Notes: a model not told the origin generated them from the letters alone. DNA of 62,075 bases, filler included, from Sphacelaria rigidula (GCA_964200075.2; 11 parts of 11 records of this genome joined end to end with filler, not necessarily neighbours in it); one strand, 5' to 3'; counted from the whole stretch's first letter, positions 11,927-24,384 are shown. Translations and numbers: made by a program.

Positions 11927-12834
11927 GGTGTGCAGCCGTTAGGCTTTCAATGTTCTCGTCTCCCGAAAAGGGGGGCATTCCGCAGCGACGCCTGTGGACT
12001 GAGTTGCTCGCGAGGATACATCTTGATTGCGGGTGTGTGATGATGTTCAATGTTCATTTAGCGGTACCGGCTTTTGAATACTCTACTGCTTCGTTGGGTC
12101 ATTTCACGAAGACTGAGCTTTGCGGTCAGAGTTTCACGAAGCGGCAGATGATTGCTGCAGAAAAAGGCCACAAACGCGAACCACTCGCCAATTTTGTGTT
12201 ATCAGGATAACACGCGGGGTAGATACCTGATGAAGTTGAGGCGCTCAGGACTGTGGTGGGTTCAAAATCCATCACATCCTGAGGCTGCAAACACAATGCA
12301 CAAATAGGATTAAATGGTTCGGTGTGCGATTCTTCACCAGAATGGTCATGATTGGTTGAACTCATCGATCACAAGAAGACCTAACCCCGAAACGACATGC
12401 TCGCCCCCGAACTCTCGGAAAGAACATTCCGAAAATGTCAGACGAGATTTCTCAGTCGCAGCGGGCAAAAATCAATTTATGACTGGCTACCTGTTTCTTC
12501 CAAAAAATAGTCTATTTTTTCGAGCTATTTTTCCCCCCGAAAAGGGGAGAAACACTCTCGCATACTTTGCAACCAAGTATACCGGCCATCACCTCAAGTC
12601 ACCCCGCAACGCCGAAAAACCGCCCACTGCAACTGCGACACCCGCTTCTGTGAACAGTGTTGCCGGGATAGAAATGTGTCGCTGGCATTTCATGATAGGT
12701 CAAAGATTCATGAAACAGGATAGTTAGCTTCTCAATTTCACTCTCAATAGCAGCAGGAGCTGTTCAGCCATCCATGATTCATTCTCTTATGTGCAACCAC
12801 GGCTGGATCCCTGGGGGGGGGTCAGTTGCGTTGC

Positions 12835-13017
12835 TGTAATGCGTGAGAGGACCGCGTGCTTAGAGGACCGCATAGTAGTTCAAAACCAGTCGCGAGTCGC
12901 TGCAGGAACCACGCCCCTGACCCTAACCCAAACACAAACTTTCACCCTAACCCTAGCCCTAGGGGTGTTAGAATTCCGATGCGATCCCCGAAGCACGCGG
13001 TCGTCCCACGCACTACA
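12835..13017. mobile_element. Second copy of the telomere-repeat MITE (opposite orientation), inserted in a retroelement 3' tail
   Basis: Same left TIR, degenerate right TIR, internal CCCTAA units; flanks TTGC/GTGC. Confidence 0.85.
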
Positions 13018-13499
13018 GTGCGACAGTCAACCAATCAAAATCAATCAGGGTCCCAAAACAACTCATTTCCTCCTCATGAAAAACAAACACTATGCGGAAC
13101 CCTCACAATCAACCCGCAACGCAAAAACGCCATCAGCGCTCATTACGGCAAACGTGACGCCTGCATTTTCAGACAGGGTAGCCGGCGCAGGGAGGTGTTG
13201 CAGCATTTACGACAGCAGCAGGAGCTTTTTTTGCATTTGTCTATAGGTTTCCGATAGCTTCGGCTGTAGCCAAAAAATTATACAGCTTGACCCTTGAAAA
13301 CTCGAGGATCGACATGGCCGACACGGCACCCACACGTACGTACCGCAGCCCGAAAACCACGGTCTATCACCTCTTACCGCATGAATGACATTGCGGTGCT
13401 GACCGCCGCGAATGCGACACACGCGTATGTCCACAAGTGAGCTGCGACAGGGTATGGTATCGCTGTATTCGCGATGACACGCGCTATCCAGAGATGACG

Positions 13500-14440
13500 T
13501 TTTCGTGATATTGAGAGTAGAGGACACGACCAAGAGTGAGAAGAGGTCAATGAGTGAATGAATCGTTTCAGTTCCGAAAAATCCCTTCATGAGGCCCGAT
13601 ATGCTTTCTGTAGTAGCTTGTCACTGAAGCCCTTCATATCCCTGATTAGGATATCGACTTGTAGCTGTAAGCACACGTCACTAATACAGGCAAAATATAC
13701 ACACAGAGACTGTAAAATTGGTCACTCTGAAGAAGCAAATGATAAAACCCGCTCTCAATCAACGCTCTACTCTCATTGCCACGAAAACAGGGTTAACCCC
13801 TAGAAAGCGAGAGTAGGTCATGTGTGGAATCGGCATCATTTTTACTTGAAACAAATTTGCATGGTCCAGGTAGACTGCCCTCGCGGTCTAAGGGTTAAAT
13901 GTGCTTATGTTCGACACGGTTCAACAACAGGCAAGTATAGGTGCTAACAATATATTTTGACGATCATCTCGCGTATCCCCGTTAAACCCACTCCTTGATA
14001 GGGAAAAGGACAACTGTTCTTTTCGGGGCGGAAAGACGTGAGCTCTAGGTATGATTTCCCGCAAGTTTGAAGTTCAACAAGAGCAGATGTGTGCCAACCA
14101 TGATTTTTTTTTATCCTCTCTCATATATCAAACCCACGTTCAAGAACGTTTTCGTGACAGTGAGAGTACAGCGCTGATTGAGATTGGCTTTGGTCATTCG
14201 CTTTAACCTAGCCAATTTTTCATTCCGCGTGTGCTGTTCTTTGCCTCCATCACTAGCGTGTGCTCACGGCTACACATCGATATCCTACTCAGGGATATCA
14301 AGGGCCTCAGTGGCAAGCTACTACAGAAAGCATATCGGGCCTCGTGGAGGGACATTTCGAAACTGAAACGACTCATTTACTAGTCGACCGTTTCACACTC
14401 TCAATCGTATCCTCTGCTCTCCATCTAAAGAAAACGTTGT
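13500..14440. mobile_element. Long-TIR (about 290 bp) non-autonomous element
   Basis: About 13500-13790 is a diverged reverse complement of about 14148-14440 (e.g. GAGGCCCGATATGCTTTCTGTAGTAGCTTG / CAAGCTACTACAGAAAGCATATCGGGCCTC). Ends are approximate. Confidence 0.75.
13797..13894. mobile_element. 98-bp piggyBac-like MITE
   Basis: TTAA|CCCCTAGAAAGCGAGAGTAG...CTGCCCTCGCGGTCTAAGGG|TTAA: TTAA TSD and CCC/GGG termini. Confidence 0.75.
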
Positions 14441-16545
14441 TGTTCATGAAAAAAATCGGAAACGCCCGTTCATGAACTTCATACCAACAGATTTCACTGC
14501 GTACAATGTCCGCACAACACGCCGTTTGATACCCCGCCCTCAACATTCTGGAACCAATCGCATTCGATCGCCCCACTTCATCTTTTATTAGTGATTTTGG
14601 GAAATATGTGGATGCGTACTCATTCTGTCGCGGATGTTTATAGGCAATGAATGCTGTATGTCCCATGAAATGTCAGAACGCCTGTCACTTCATAATCGAT
14701 CATGGTCCTGCGCGTGAGACTTATACTTCGAAGTGTAGAAAGTCCGCACTAAGCTCCGGGTTCTCCTATTTTATCTAATCGAACGTGTTGGGAACCGCCA
14801 AAGTTTCCTCAGCGATGAAGGTCCGATCGTGGAGTCTGGAATATCCTATCTCAAAAGATCCAAAACCACAAATCCTTTCAGTGTACCTTCCCACATCACG
14901 TTCACTCGACCATTTCGCACCTTCCGATTGAAACACACCTCAGGTATACACGTTCAAGAGTTGAGCACCCGTCACGGGTGGAGCCCACTTTCTTGACTCA
15001 CTCATTTCCTATACTACCCCAAGCAGTCTGATCCTTCTAACCTACACGGAGCGGGCGGGGAGTCTTTGTTGTTCGCCCCTCATGAACGCCATGAGATTGG
15101 TGCAACTTACAGCCGTCGGATCCGCGGCAGCTTCATTCTCGAAAAGCACAGGCGCTGCAGCGGCAGGTGGCAGCATCAGAGGAACTCTTTTCTCGCCGGG
15201 GCGGTTGCTTCAAACGGTGAGAACCACATTGCGAATAGTACGAATAGTCTGGGATGCAGTTATTCCATGCTCGTGTGTGAGGTTGATATCGTGTGGGAAG
15301 ATGGCAGGGGGCAACATGGTATAAGGTACAAAGGTTGTATTCTGTAGGGCATACCGGCCGAAACTCAGGTTCTTACATACGAGCTGCGCCGGCCTACTCG
15401 CGGACTTGAGCTCGTAAAGTAATCTTTCATCGACACACAGGAGTTGTACCGTGATCCGCCTATGGTATTGATGCTCTGATCGAGGGGGAACTTGCCCACC
15501 TGCTCAAAAGTCTGGGCCCTGTTTTTATCGATGATTAAACCCCGTGTCTGGTCATTCCTGTACCATGCGGAGATAGAGTCTATACCTACCTCCATATATA
15601 TGAAACCCCGAACGATAGATAAGAGCGGATGGATGATACGATTTTTTGAGTGGGCATTCCCTGGAGCACGGAGAGACGATCGGCACCCTCATCTTTCCCT
15701 AAATTCCCCATCCGTGGCTCAGTATTTGAAGGTGGGCCATAAAAAAACGCAACCGACAACGAACAGGGCATACTAAAAAAGGTTTGCGTGGGCCCGTTTT
15801 TTTTCTTCTCATGAGTCGAAGGCAATAATCAGTCTTCAGGTTACAGTCAAATGTCTGTAAATAACGAAAACAAGTTTCCGGGTCCACGTATACGTCGTTG
15901 TATTGTGCCCTATCCAGTGTCCTAGACATTGATGACCTGTGAATGGGCCTGCAAAATACAAATCCGCTTCTAGGCTGGCCCAGTTCGTAAGTATGAAATG
16001 TTTCTTAGCGGTAAATATACCCTTTTGAGCCATGCCGGATTGTTCGGAACAAGGCTCGGTATACCCTGCCGGACGATACCGGGATCGGTGCACATTTCGG
16101 TATGTAGTATGCCAACGAAATATTCCTCACTTCCGGGTGCATACCCTTCACAGTAGTGCGAAACACTGCCTTGCAACAAGGCACGACATAGCAAACATGG
16201 TTTGACGATGAAAAGTAGAAGAAAAGGTGTTGAGGTCGCAAAATATTTCTCATTATTTTCCCCACAATGGAGATCGGGTGTGACGCCAACTTTGCGACTG
16301 TGATTTGTGACGAACAGGCGTGGCATGACTGCTGCATGCACAATACACAGAAAAGGCGAACAAGGGCCAAATATATTTGGAGTGTAGTCATCATCCAGGT
16401 AGAAGTGCGTGGTTGTTGTTGCTTGTTTCTTTCGAAGATTCTCCGTCTCTCTGGGGGTCTGCGAGGAGAAACGTATTGGACACATCAAAGTTGTTGAGTT
16501 GGGGAGGGCGGGGGGAGGGCGGGGGAAGGGAGGGGGTAATCAGAG

Positions 16546-16694
16546 TTCGAAACACCACAGGATCGACGTTTTTCGAAACTAATCGGGCCAGTTCCTGCCG
16601 GGACCACGCCCCCGACTCTGACCCTAACCCTCTTCGTAGTGATGTTCAAACTCCAGTGCGGTCCTCTAAGCACTCGTTCCTTTCACGCATTACA
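16546..16694. mobile_element. Third, truncated copy of the telomere-repeat MITE
   Basis: Internal CAGGATCGACG...AATCGGGCCAGTTC...ACCCTAACCCT and a TIR ending CACGCATTACA. Confidence 0.8.
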
Positions 16695-16756
16695 GTAAAA
16701 ACCAAGCCTGCTATCCCTTGGTTGAAAGCCGAGGCGTTGGCGGGTGTGGCATGGAG

Positions 16757-16795
<39 letters not shown>

Positions 16796-17025
16796 ACCAC
16801 TTGTCTCCCCGTTCTCTTTTGAGGTGGCTTATTTTGTTCGGCGCTTCCGTCCTCCAAACNNNNNNNNNNNNNNNNNNNNNNNNNNNNNNNNNNNNNNNNN
16901 NNNTTAATTAATTAANNNNNNNNNNNNNNNNNNNNNNNNNNNNNNNNNNNNNNNNNNNNTTTCTCCCCACGCCCCCCTCGCGCTCTATCCACAACTGGGG
17001 GCCAACGCAAAGCCACCAAATATAA

Positions 17026-17161
17026 GGGGGGGAGGGGGGGGGGTACTCATGATCACACATGCCAAAGTCAGAAGACCATCGACCTCGCATCCTTACAAAG
17101 TCGGGACGGAGCACGCCGGGTTTTCGCCGGACCGGGCTCGCACTCATTTACCAAGCGCGAA
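17026..17161 (-). mobile_element. SINE-like family C, 3' fragment with C-run tail
   Basis: Minus strand ends ...GATGCGAGGTCGATGGTC...GATCATGAGTACCCCCCCCC. Shares the motif CCGGCGAAAACCCGGCGTGCTCCGTCCCG with other copies. Confidence 0.8.
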
Positions 17162-17328
17162 TGTAAGTGGGGGGGGGGGAGGCAGTAAATTGAGAATGAT
17201 GACAAAGAAAACAAAGCAAAAACAAGAAGATAGAAAACAAACGGTAACACCCTGCCGAACTCCCTTCCGGCAAGGGGGCCGGGTCGTACAAAAAACAAAA
17301 CAGACCTAGGGTGGATATTTCAAATCGG

Positions 17329-17400
17329 CATTTGATTTTGATTTTGATTTTGATTTTGATTTTGATTTGATTGTCGCACTTTTAACTAACCGCCCATATG
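17329..17400 (-). mobile_element. Non-LTR retroelement 3' tail ending AAGTGCGAC-(AAATC/AAAATC)n; related tails at about 9560-9626 (+), 12790-13047 (+), 54745-54815 (-) and 54861-54930 (-)
   Basis: Recurrent GGATCC.TGGG..GGTCA.TT.A.GTGCGAC-like sequence followed by AAATC-type microsatellite. Confidence 0.75.
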
Positions 17401-17774
17401 CATACGAACTGCAGAGAGGATCCATGACTCTGGATGCGCAAAACGAAGACACGACGGATCATCGATGAGATTATGAGATAGGATAACGAAGCACCGCCGC
17501 GATCCGGTGGTCTAAATTAAAAACAGTACACGAATAGCCAGCCAGGGCGACAGTTTGCAGAGAAAAAAAATCCCGACATACGGGATCTTTTTGAGAAAAC
17601 AATCTCGTGTCCGTTGCTGAAAAACATGCATGGCGCGAATAGCGAAGGAACACTTCCGACAATAGTTGACGGGGTACAGTAATGCCGCCGCAGAAGGGAC
17701 AGAAACAGGAAAATTCTTCGTTCGTGTATATCGTGCACTATTCAGGATGTTTGAAGGACTCGGCCTAGGATAAG

Positions 17775-17968
17775 TCGAGTAAGGTATGCTCGAATTGCGG
17801 GGTATTTTGAAAGTCGTACTTGAAGTACACAAATCGGGGGTAGGGTGACAGGGGTCGCTTGCCAGTTATTTTTCGGGTACAACTCCTACCTAACAAACAC
17901 CCTACCCCGATTTGAGTACTTGAAGTACGACTTTCAAAATACCCCGCAATTGAGTACACCCTACTCGA
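17775..17968. mobile_element. Hairpin MITE (about 70-bp TIRs)
   Basis: TTGCGGGGTATTTTGAAAGTCGTACTT...GGGGTAGGGTG is inverted at 17899-17968. Confidence 0.8.
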
Positions 17969-18250
17969 TCTGCCCTTGCGTTTTTTCTTTCTCAAGTCGA
18001 ACGCACTGCACTCGAAATAAATGTCCAATAGAGCTCGAGAACTAAATAGATAGGAGCCGTTGTATTCTAGTATCGCGTGCAGCGCAGCAAGGAGGGAAGC
18101 GGCGAACGACCTCCCACAGTCAGAACCAGCGCAAGGCCGCATTTTCGCAAAAGTTGCATCATTGACATAGACATGCAAAAATATATATATATATATATAT
18201 ATATTTACAAACCGAACGGCTGGGAACCCCAGTTCTGCGAACCTCAAATA

Positions 18251-18470
18251 CCTCCTGGTTTTGCCCATGGGAAACCCCCTAGAAATAGTCACGAGGAACG
18301 TTCCTGATGTTCTCGGCTAGACTACTCTCGGAGATTCGTCTCTATGTCCAGACCCAAGGACGTCACACACAGCACCTTCAAGTACTGCCTCCTGGTTGTG
18401 TCCATAGGAAACCCCTAGCCACGACGACTGTTTCCCAGGTTCTCGGCTAGACTACTCTCCGAGACACTCT
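18251..18470. repeat. Diverged direct repeat of about 85 bp
   Basis: CCTCCTGGTT...GGAAACCCC...GTTCTCGGCTAGACTACTCTC at 18251 and 18388. Confidence 0.75.
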
Positions 18471-19704
18471 TTCTACGATAGCCCCCATCCCCCCAAACCA
18501 GCCCAAAAATGCCACGAAGAAAAGGATTATACAGCACCTGATATTTGGTTTCAGGCTGCATGAAGCGTCTCATATGGGCGCGGCACTGGCAAAAACGAAC
18601 CACAGCGCGGGAATCTCAGCTGCTCGTTATGCTCGGCTGTTTTCATTCCAATTTACGTGTAGATTTCGCCTCCCCTCACCAGCCACTTTTTGGGGCGGGG
18701 CTATGGTAGAAAGTGTCGAGATACGTCTCCATGTCTCATAGTCTCGTAGCCTCGAACCTACGTGCACGCACGCTCCAGACCCGTGGACGCCACATAGCAT
18801 CTCAAAGCAATTTTTATTAACTTTTTTTCTCGGTGCGTTGCCTATCCCCTTTATCCGTGTCACAACATGCGAGTCTCCCGTCTCGCACACCGTCTCACTC
18901 CAGTGTACATCGACACTTCCCTGTCCGGCTCTCCCGGGCCTGTTACTCAACGCGCCATGGTAGCTCAACAGACAGAGCACTACTTTACCCTCCAGCGGCT
19001 TTCTAGTGTATACCATCCTCACGGCCAACGAATGAAATGCTGATCATTTTTTTTTTCTTACTTCATGTTCATACAAAAAAAATCAAACATTTCATCCACT
19101 CGCGCGGTCCTGTAGACAGAGAAAAAAAGTATCCTCGGGATGTTTTTTGCTCACACAAAGTATCGGTTGGTTGATGTACAAAGTACGACGGTTGTGACTG
19201 ATTTGGGGGGCACTAACGTGGAATATGACATACATCACTCCTATACGCGGTACACCACCCCCTGAAACAACACCCCTTGGTGATGAGGTTCCGTCTAATA
19301 TATGCACCATACCAGCGCTGACTGTATGTACTACACATCCTGGACAAAAGATCATTACATTGTCGGAAAGTGTACTGCGTGCAGTATGTAATCTATTGTC
19401 CATCGCAGTAGATGCAATAGTCAGTACCGTACGCAGTACAGTACGGCAATCAAGGGGGGTAGGAAGGTCGCACCAGGCATCGGTGCTACACAAGGTAACA
19501 ACAACGTTCACTTGATTTTTGTACTGGATTCATTGTTTTTGTACCATTTACTTCAGTTATTTTTTTCATTCAGACCCACGATCGAACTAAACCAGAAGAT
19601 TTTTTACCAACGAGCAAACCACACGTAACAAGAAAAAAATGTAATTCCTGCGGGTAGTAAGATAAATGAATCGTCAAATATTACGAAAAAAAAGGCGGAT
19701 GGGA

Positions 19705-19895
19705 AAAAAACAGAAGTGTAACCTATACTGCACGGTCTGGTATTGTTGACGCTGGAGAATGACACGAGGGAAAAGAGGTGTAACCTATACTGTACGGTAT
19801 TGTGTTGTGTTGATGCTGAAAAATGGCACGGGGAAAAAGAGGTGTAACCTATATACTGTACGGTATTGTGTTATGGTTGGCGCTGGAAAATGACC
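19705..19895. repeat. Three tandem units of about 62-65 bp
   Basis: AGA(A/G)GTGTAACCTATA...ACGGT...GCTG(G/A)A recurs at about 19710, 19772 and 19835. Confidence 0.8.
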
Positions 19896-20227
19896 CGGTA
19901 GTTTTGTACGGCGGTCAACAATAATAGTTAAAAAAAAGAAGGCCGGGTACACAAAGATAGAGTAAATGACAAAACAGTGCGGCAGGTCTGCAGATTGGAA
20001 GCGCGTGCCAGCTTGCACGACGCGCACGTACCTACACCTACCTGAGTTGAGAGTTTCCCCAGAAAATTTCGGACAGGAATGCGAACTTCAGCGGTGGCGA
20101 GCGCGTACTCCTTCGCTCGCCCGAGCTCACCCTCTGCGTATCCACGCACCTGTCAGCACGCAGGGCATAAGACAACAAGGACTCTCCACATCACATACTG
20201 ATATCAAACAGCTCATATCCATGTATC

Positions 20228-20530
20228 GAAGGTTGTGTTCTGTAGGTTACGGATATGTTCGGTAGGGCATGAAATTTCCGACAGAACTTACAGAACTATC
20301 GGGAGGCACCGATATGGAAGTCTCACAGGATTTAGAGAACCTGTCGCATGTGGTATGGGGGTTGTACAGAAACTCGTACCCTCAGCCGGGTATTTTTGAC
20401 AGGGGTATACCCGTACCCCAAGTACAGGCGAAACTTGCGTCCAAATCTCAAAGAACTGTCGGGTACGGGTATTTCCCGGGAAAACTCTCCGGGTGTAGAG
20501 TAAGATCGTACCCTACAGGGCACAACCCTG
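20228..20530. mobile_element. hAT-like MITE (CAGGGTTGTG-type TIR, TACCCG/CGGGTA subrepeats)
   Basis: AAGGTTGTGTTCTGTAGG...CCCTACAGGGCACAACCCTG; a similar end lies at about 15331. Confidence 0.6.
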
Positions 20531-21379
20531 CATCTATTCATCACACCACATCACGGTCACAGTATCGAATACATCATTCTTATGGGCATTTTTTCTTTCT
20601 CTTGTTCTTATTTGATCTCGTTTCTTATTCTTACATCGCAGCTTACAGTAGTTCAGGCCACGTCTCTTGCCGGAATACGGGAAGACAAGAAGAGAATGAA
20701 AAAAAAATCAAGTGTGGGTGTTTCAAGTTTCGGAACATTTGACGTTAGATCCCATAATTCGTGGTCCCATCCTGAAACAGGAAGACATATGTATCGCTGC
20801 GACATGTTTTTTGGAGACTGTTCATTCACCAACGCCATTGAGATGGACCTGCCCCACCCCACCTCTCCGGTTTTGAAACTAGCAGGCTCCTCGGTTTTTT
20901 GCAAACCGTCGCTTGTCGGAAATGCAACCGGAGATATGAAAAACAAAATGTAGCGTTCGATTGATTATAATTGTCGCACATGAACTGATCCTCGACGGAC
21001 CCAGTCGTGGTCATCATCCACGAGATAGACATACGTACCCAACGTAAACAAACCGGAAATATCTGTTGTGAAATTTGTGACATTTACAGCTAAAGCTATG
21101 CCTTCCCTCCGGCCTCGGCCCAAGCGCTGAGGCCGGGTTGGGCTGGCTGAAGGCAGCGGCCCAAGGAAAGACTCAGCAACTTGGATAGTACGGAGTATCT
21201 GTGATATCTACCGTCAATCTACTTCGTACCACGCCCGTGCGGTAGCTGGGTTACTTCTCATCCCACGTACCCCTGCTCGTGCAAGCCATACGGTGTTCTA
21301 TCACCCGTGATACAGTCGGTACATTTCCCGGCCGTAGACCCGAACCGCCGTCACCGAGTATAGGCCAGCGAAGGCAGAG

Positions 21380-22512
21380 ATCCCTGGAAGAGTACCTAGT
21401 ACTAATGATGGATGCCAATGCTCGTACCGGAAAGAGAGAAGTAGGAGGCATGGATGACGCTCAGGTGTTGGGAGAGTATGGCAGAGACACCCGGAACGAT
21501 AATGGTAGACGCCTCCTAAAATGCGCCGCGGAAAATAAAATGGCCATCACAAACACATTTTTTTGCACACCAATTCGCGGGGAAAGCTCGACCGCGTACA
21601 CATATGCAGGGCCGAAGGTCGAACACCGCTGGCGCCTCGACTACATCCTCATACGTCAGCAAGACCGCAGACTCGTCCGAAATGTCACAGTGGACCCCGA
21701 GATGAAATCGGACCATCGTCTGGTCTCTGCCGCAATCCGTCTCCTTGGACGGAACGCCCCCAACCGCCAACCCCGACCGAGAGGCGGGGATAGGGGAATG
21801 CGTTTCGACCGCCAAGCCCTCGCATCCGACCGAAACTGGAGGGCTACTGTTGCACAGGACATTGTCGTTAAGCTCCCGAAATGCCACTGATTCTCCCGCA
21901 GTGACGGACGTCAACCACATGGCATCTACCTTTGCCAACGCCCTGCGACAGACGGCCGCGGACACATTCCCTCGATGCCCCGAGAAAACCCAATCTAGAG
22001 GTTTCAGTGCGTCATCTCAAGCTCAGGACCGCCTCGAAAAGGCACGGAATCTCCGGGAAAGTGCATGAAAAAAACAACGAGCAAACCCCAAGACACTGCC
22101 CTGAAGAAGGCGCTGAAGGTGACGGACAAGGCGTTTAAGCGGGTGAAGAATGCTGAGCTGCAGAATTTCGTCCACGAGTTCACAGTTCGGATCGCGGACT
22201 CTGTTCGCAAGAAGGATCAAGCAGGACTGTACCAGCATATCAAGTCCTTCGAACTGGAAGGGAAGAAGCAGAGCGACTCAACCTAGGTCCGGAGCGCGAC
22301 TGGCGAGCTGTTGCGGGACAAGCAAGCTATCCTGCAACGATGGAAGGAATGGTTTGACACACTGCTGAACGCAACCTCATCTACAATCGATCACTCTGTC
22401 ATCGATCTCATCGAACAGCTGCCAGAGCACACATCGCTCGCGGCGGAGCCCTCGATGGCAGAAGTGAAGCAAGCGGTGGGCAAACTAGTGAACGGTAAGG
22501 CCGTTAGGACGG
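21380..22512 (+). pseudogene. RTE-like LINE fragment: C-terminal half of the APE endonuclease plus linker towards RT
   Basis: LMMDANARTG, GEYG..RNDNGRRLL..AAENKMAITNTFF, RLDYILIRQ, SDHRLV; then LQRWKEWFDTLLN..EPSMAEVKQAVGKLVNGKA. Stops and frameshifts; cut by the contig end. Confidence 0.9.
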
Positions 22513-22612
22513 NNNNNNNNNNNNNNNNNNNNNNNNNNNNNNNNNNNNNNNNNNNNTTAATTAATTAANNNNNNNNNNNNNNNNNNNNNNNNNNNNNNNN
22601 NNNNNNNNNNNN

Positions 22613-22845
22613 CATAAGACCATTGACCTCGCATCTCTACAAAGCCGGGACGGAGCACGCCGGGTTTTCGCTGGCCCAGGCTCACACTCCATCATGAAGC
22701 GCGAAGCGCCGTGGTGTTTTCGATGAGTCGCATGAAGGATGAGCTGCATCCTGCTAAGATTGTTCGGCCCCAAGCCCATTGATTATCTTACATTTGGATG
22801 GCAGCCTACAATGAGTTGCCTTATTATCTGGTATCGCCTCCGCCA
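22613..22845 (-). mobile_element. SINE-like family C copy, abutting a LINE 3' end
   Basis: Matches the copies at 36165-36690 and 60075-60592 (GAAGGATGAGCTGCATCCTGCT). Confidence 0.85.
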
Positions 22846-23790
22846 GGGAGCGTACTCATTTGTTGCTTGCCTCAGTCGTTTGACGATTGACCACGCATCC
22901 CTTTCGAGACGCAGCACCGTTCCTACTCCTAATAGAGACGCCTCCAACATTCTGGCGCTCATGACGTTTCTTCCATACATTACACAAAAACTTTTCACAT
23001 ATCTTATCCCCGTCCTGTTTCGCTGTCTCCGGCCACCACCCATCTCCTAGTATAGCCATTGTTTTTTCCTTAGTGTCTAATGTATCAAACGATTCCACGC
23101 CACCCTTGTTCACGTCCCGCATTTCCCCGTCTAGCACCTCCCGTTCCTCCTTGTATAGTTCACATTCTGCCACTATATGACTTCTGCTCTCGATTGCTTT
23201 GCCACAGAGGCAGTTCTGTCCATCTTCTTCCTCCTCCACACGACGACTGGTATATCTCTTCTTTCTGGCAGGTTTAGATCCCTCACCCAAAATCGCAGTT
23301 TTAATTTTTCGCCGTGTCCATTGGTCCATTGGTCCATTGGTCTATGCAAATGTGCTTCCATCCCTATCCCCTCTCTCGACCACCCGTATATCTCCAGATG
23401 CAGATGTTCTTCCTCGTCTACTATGCGTCTACGCGCTCCTTTTCCCTTTATTTCCATTATATCTCTTACTTTTGACTTGTACCCCGCGTCTTCATCTATG
23501 GATAGTATTTCGTCTTGGTTTCCGCCTCTCTCCTTCCATACTTCTCGACTCCTCTATCCCACCTTACTCCGGCCTGCCCTTTCGTAATCTTCCATACAGC
23601 CCCATCAACTATAGCTGGCAACCTCTTTCTCTGCATCTTCTTTACGCTACATTGCCATCGCAATTTCCTCATGTCTCTGTTTCTTTTAAGTGAGTTCATT
23701 CCCAACTCTGCTCTCAAAGCTGTATCGCTCGTCGTTTTCGAGCATCCAAGTATTTTCTCAGCTGCGGCCATCTGTGCTGCTTTCAGCCTC
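22846..23790 (-). pseudogene. LINE ORF2 3' end (post-RT region and CCHC zinc knuckle), family L
   Basis: QMAAAEKILGCSKTTSDTALRAELG, CLCGKAIESRSHIVAECELY, ILGDGWWPE. The stop at 22856-22858 is followed directly by GTACGCTCCC. Confidence 0.85.
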
Positions 23791-24015
23791 CACCAGGGGG
23801 GGAGAACATGTAGTATGCCGCGGTACTTTCCGAGGAGTGGAGTTGTCGTTTCTCGAGGCAAACGCCTCTTTTTCTTGGAACAAGTGCCGTTGGAAAACAG
23901 ACGAGAGCTTAGTACGGGTGTCGTAGAAGCAGTCTCGACACTTTATGAAACCTCTGTCATTGTCCCCTGTTGACAAGTCAAAGAAGCGTTTTGAGGTAGG
24001 GGGGGCTCTGCATTT

Positions 24016-24384
24016 CTAGCAAGGGTGATTACTGTTCTCGTCCGCTTTGACTAGAGTCTCAGCGCCGTTGCGGTCGTCGGCGTGAGCGTTTTCCCCGTCT
24101 TTACCGCCGGTGGGGTCGGTCATGCGGCGGTACCGAGTGCTGACACCGATGTCCACACCACACGCAAGGCAGACGAAGAGGACCTGTTTCTTGGCGCCCT
24201 TCGGCACTGGATTCGTTCCCTGGGATGCAGAGACATGGGTGGTGCACACGGAGCACCTTTTGATGTTGAACAAATCAGCGGAAGGACGAAGGGATGGTTG
24301 CGGAACGTGCAGCGAGGGAAGTACGGAAGGAATTGAACCGTGAGCGAATGCGTGACCAATGGGTGTTGGAAGCGATGATGTCAA
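24016..24384 (-). pseudogene. Possible piggyBac-type transposase C-terminal Cys-rich domain remnant
   Basis: HVPQP...KRCSVC...KKQVLFVCLACGV pattern; later Cys residues are degenerate and no DDD domain was recognised. Confidence 0.35.

Noticed and set aside
12225..12260. Hammerhead ribozyme cores (CTGATGA here and at about 25557, 30641 and 44370)
   Set aside because: No correctly placed stem II-GAAA and stem III/cleavage triplet were found by eye.
14480..16500. Decayed transposase or viral gene on the minus strand (e.g. PCLLCR..SHYCEG)
   Set aside because: No diagnostic motif could be confirmed and all frames are interrupted.
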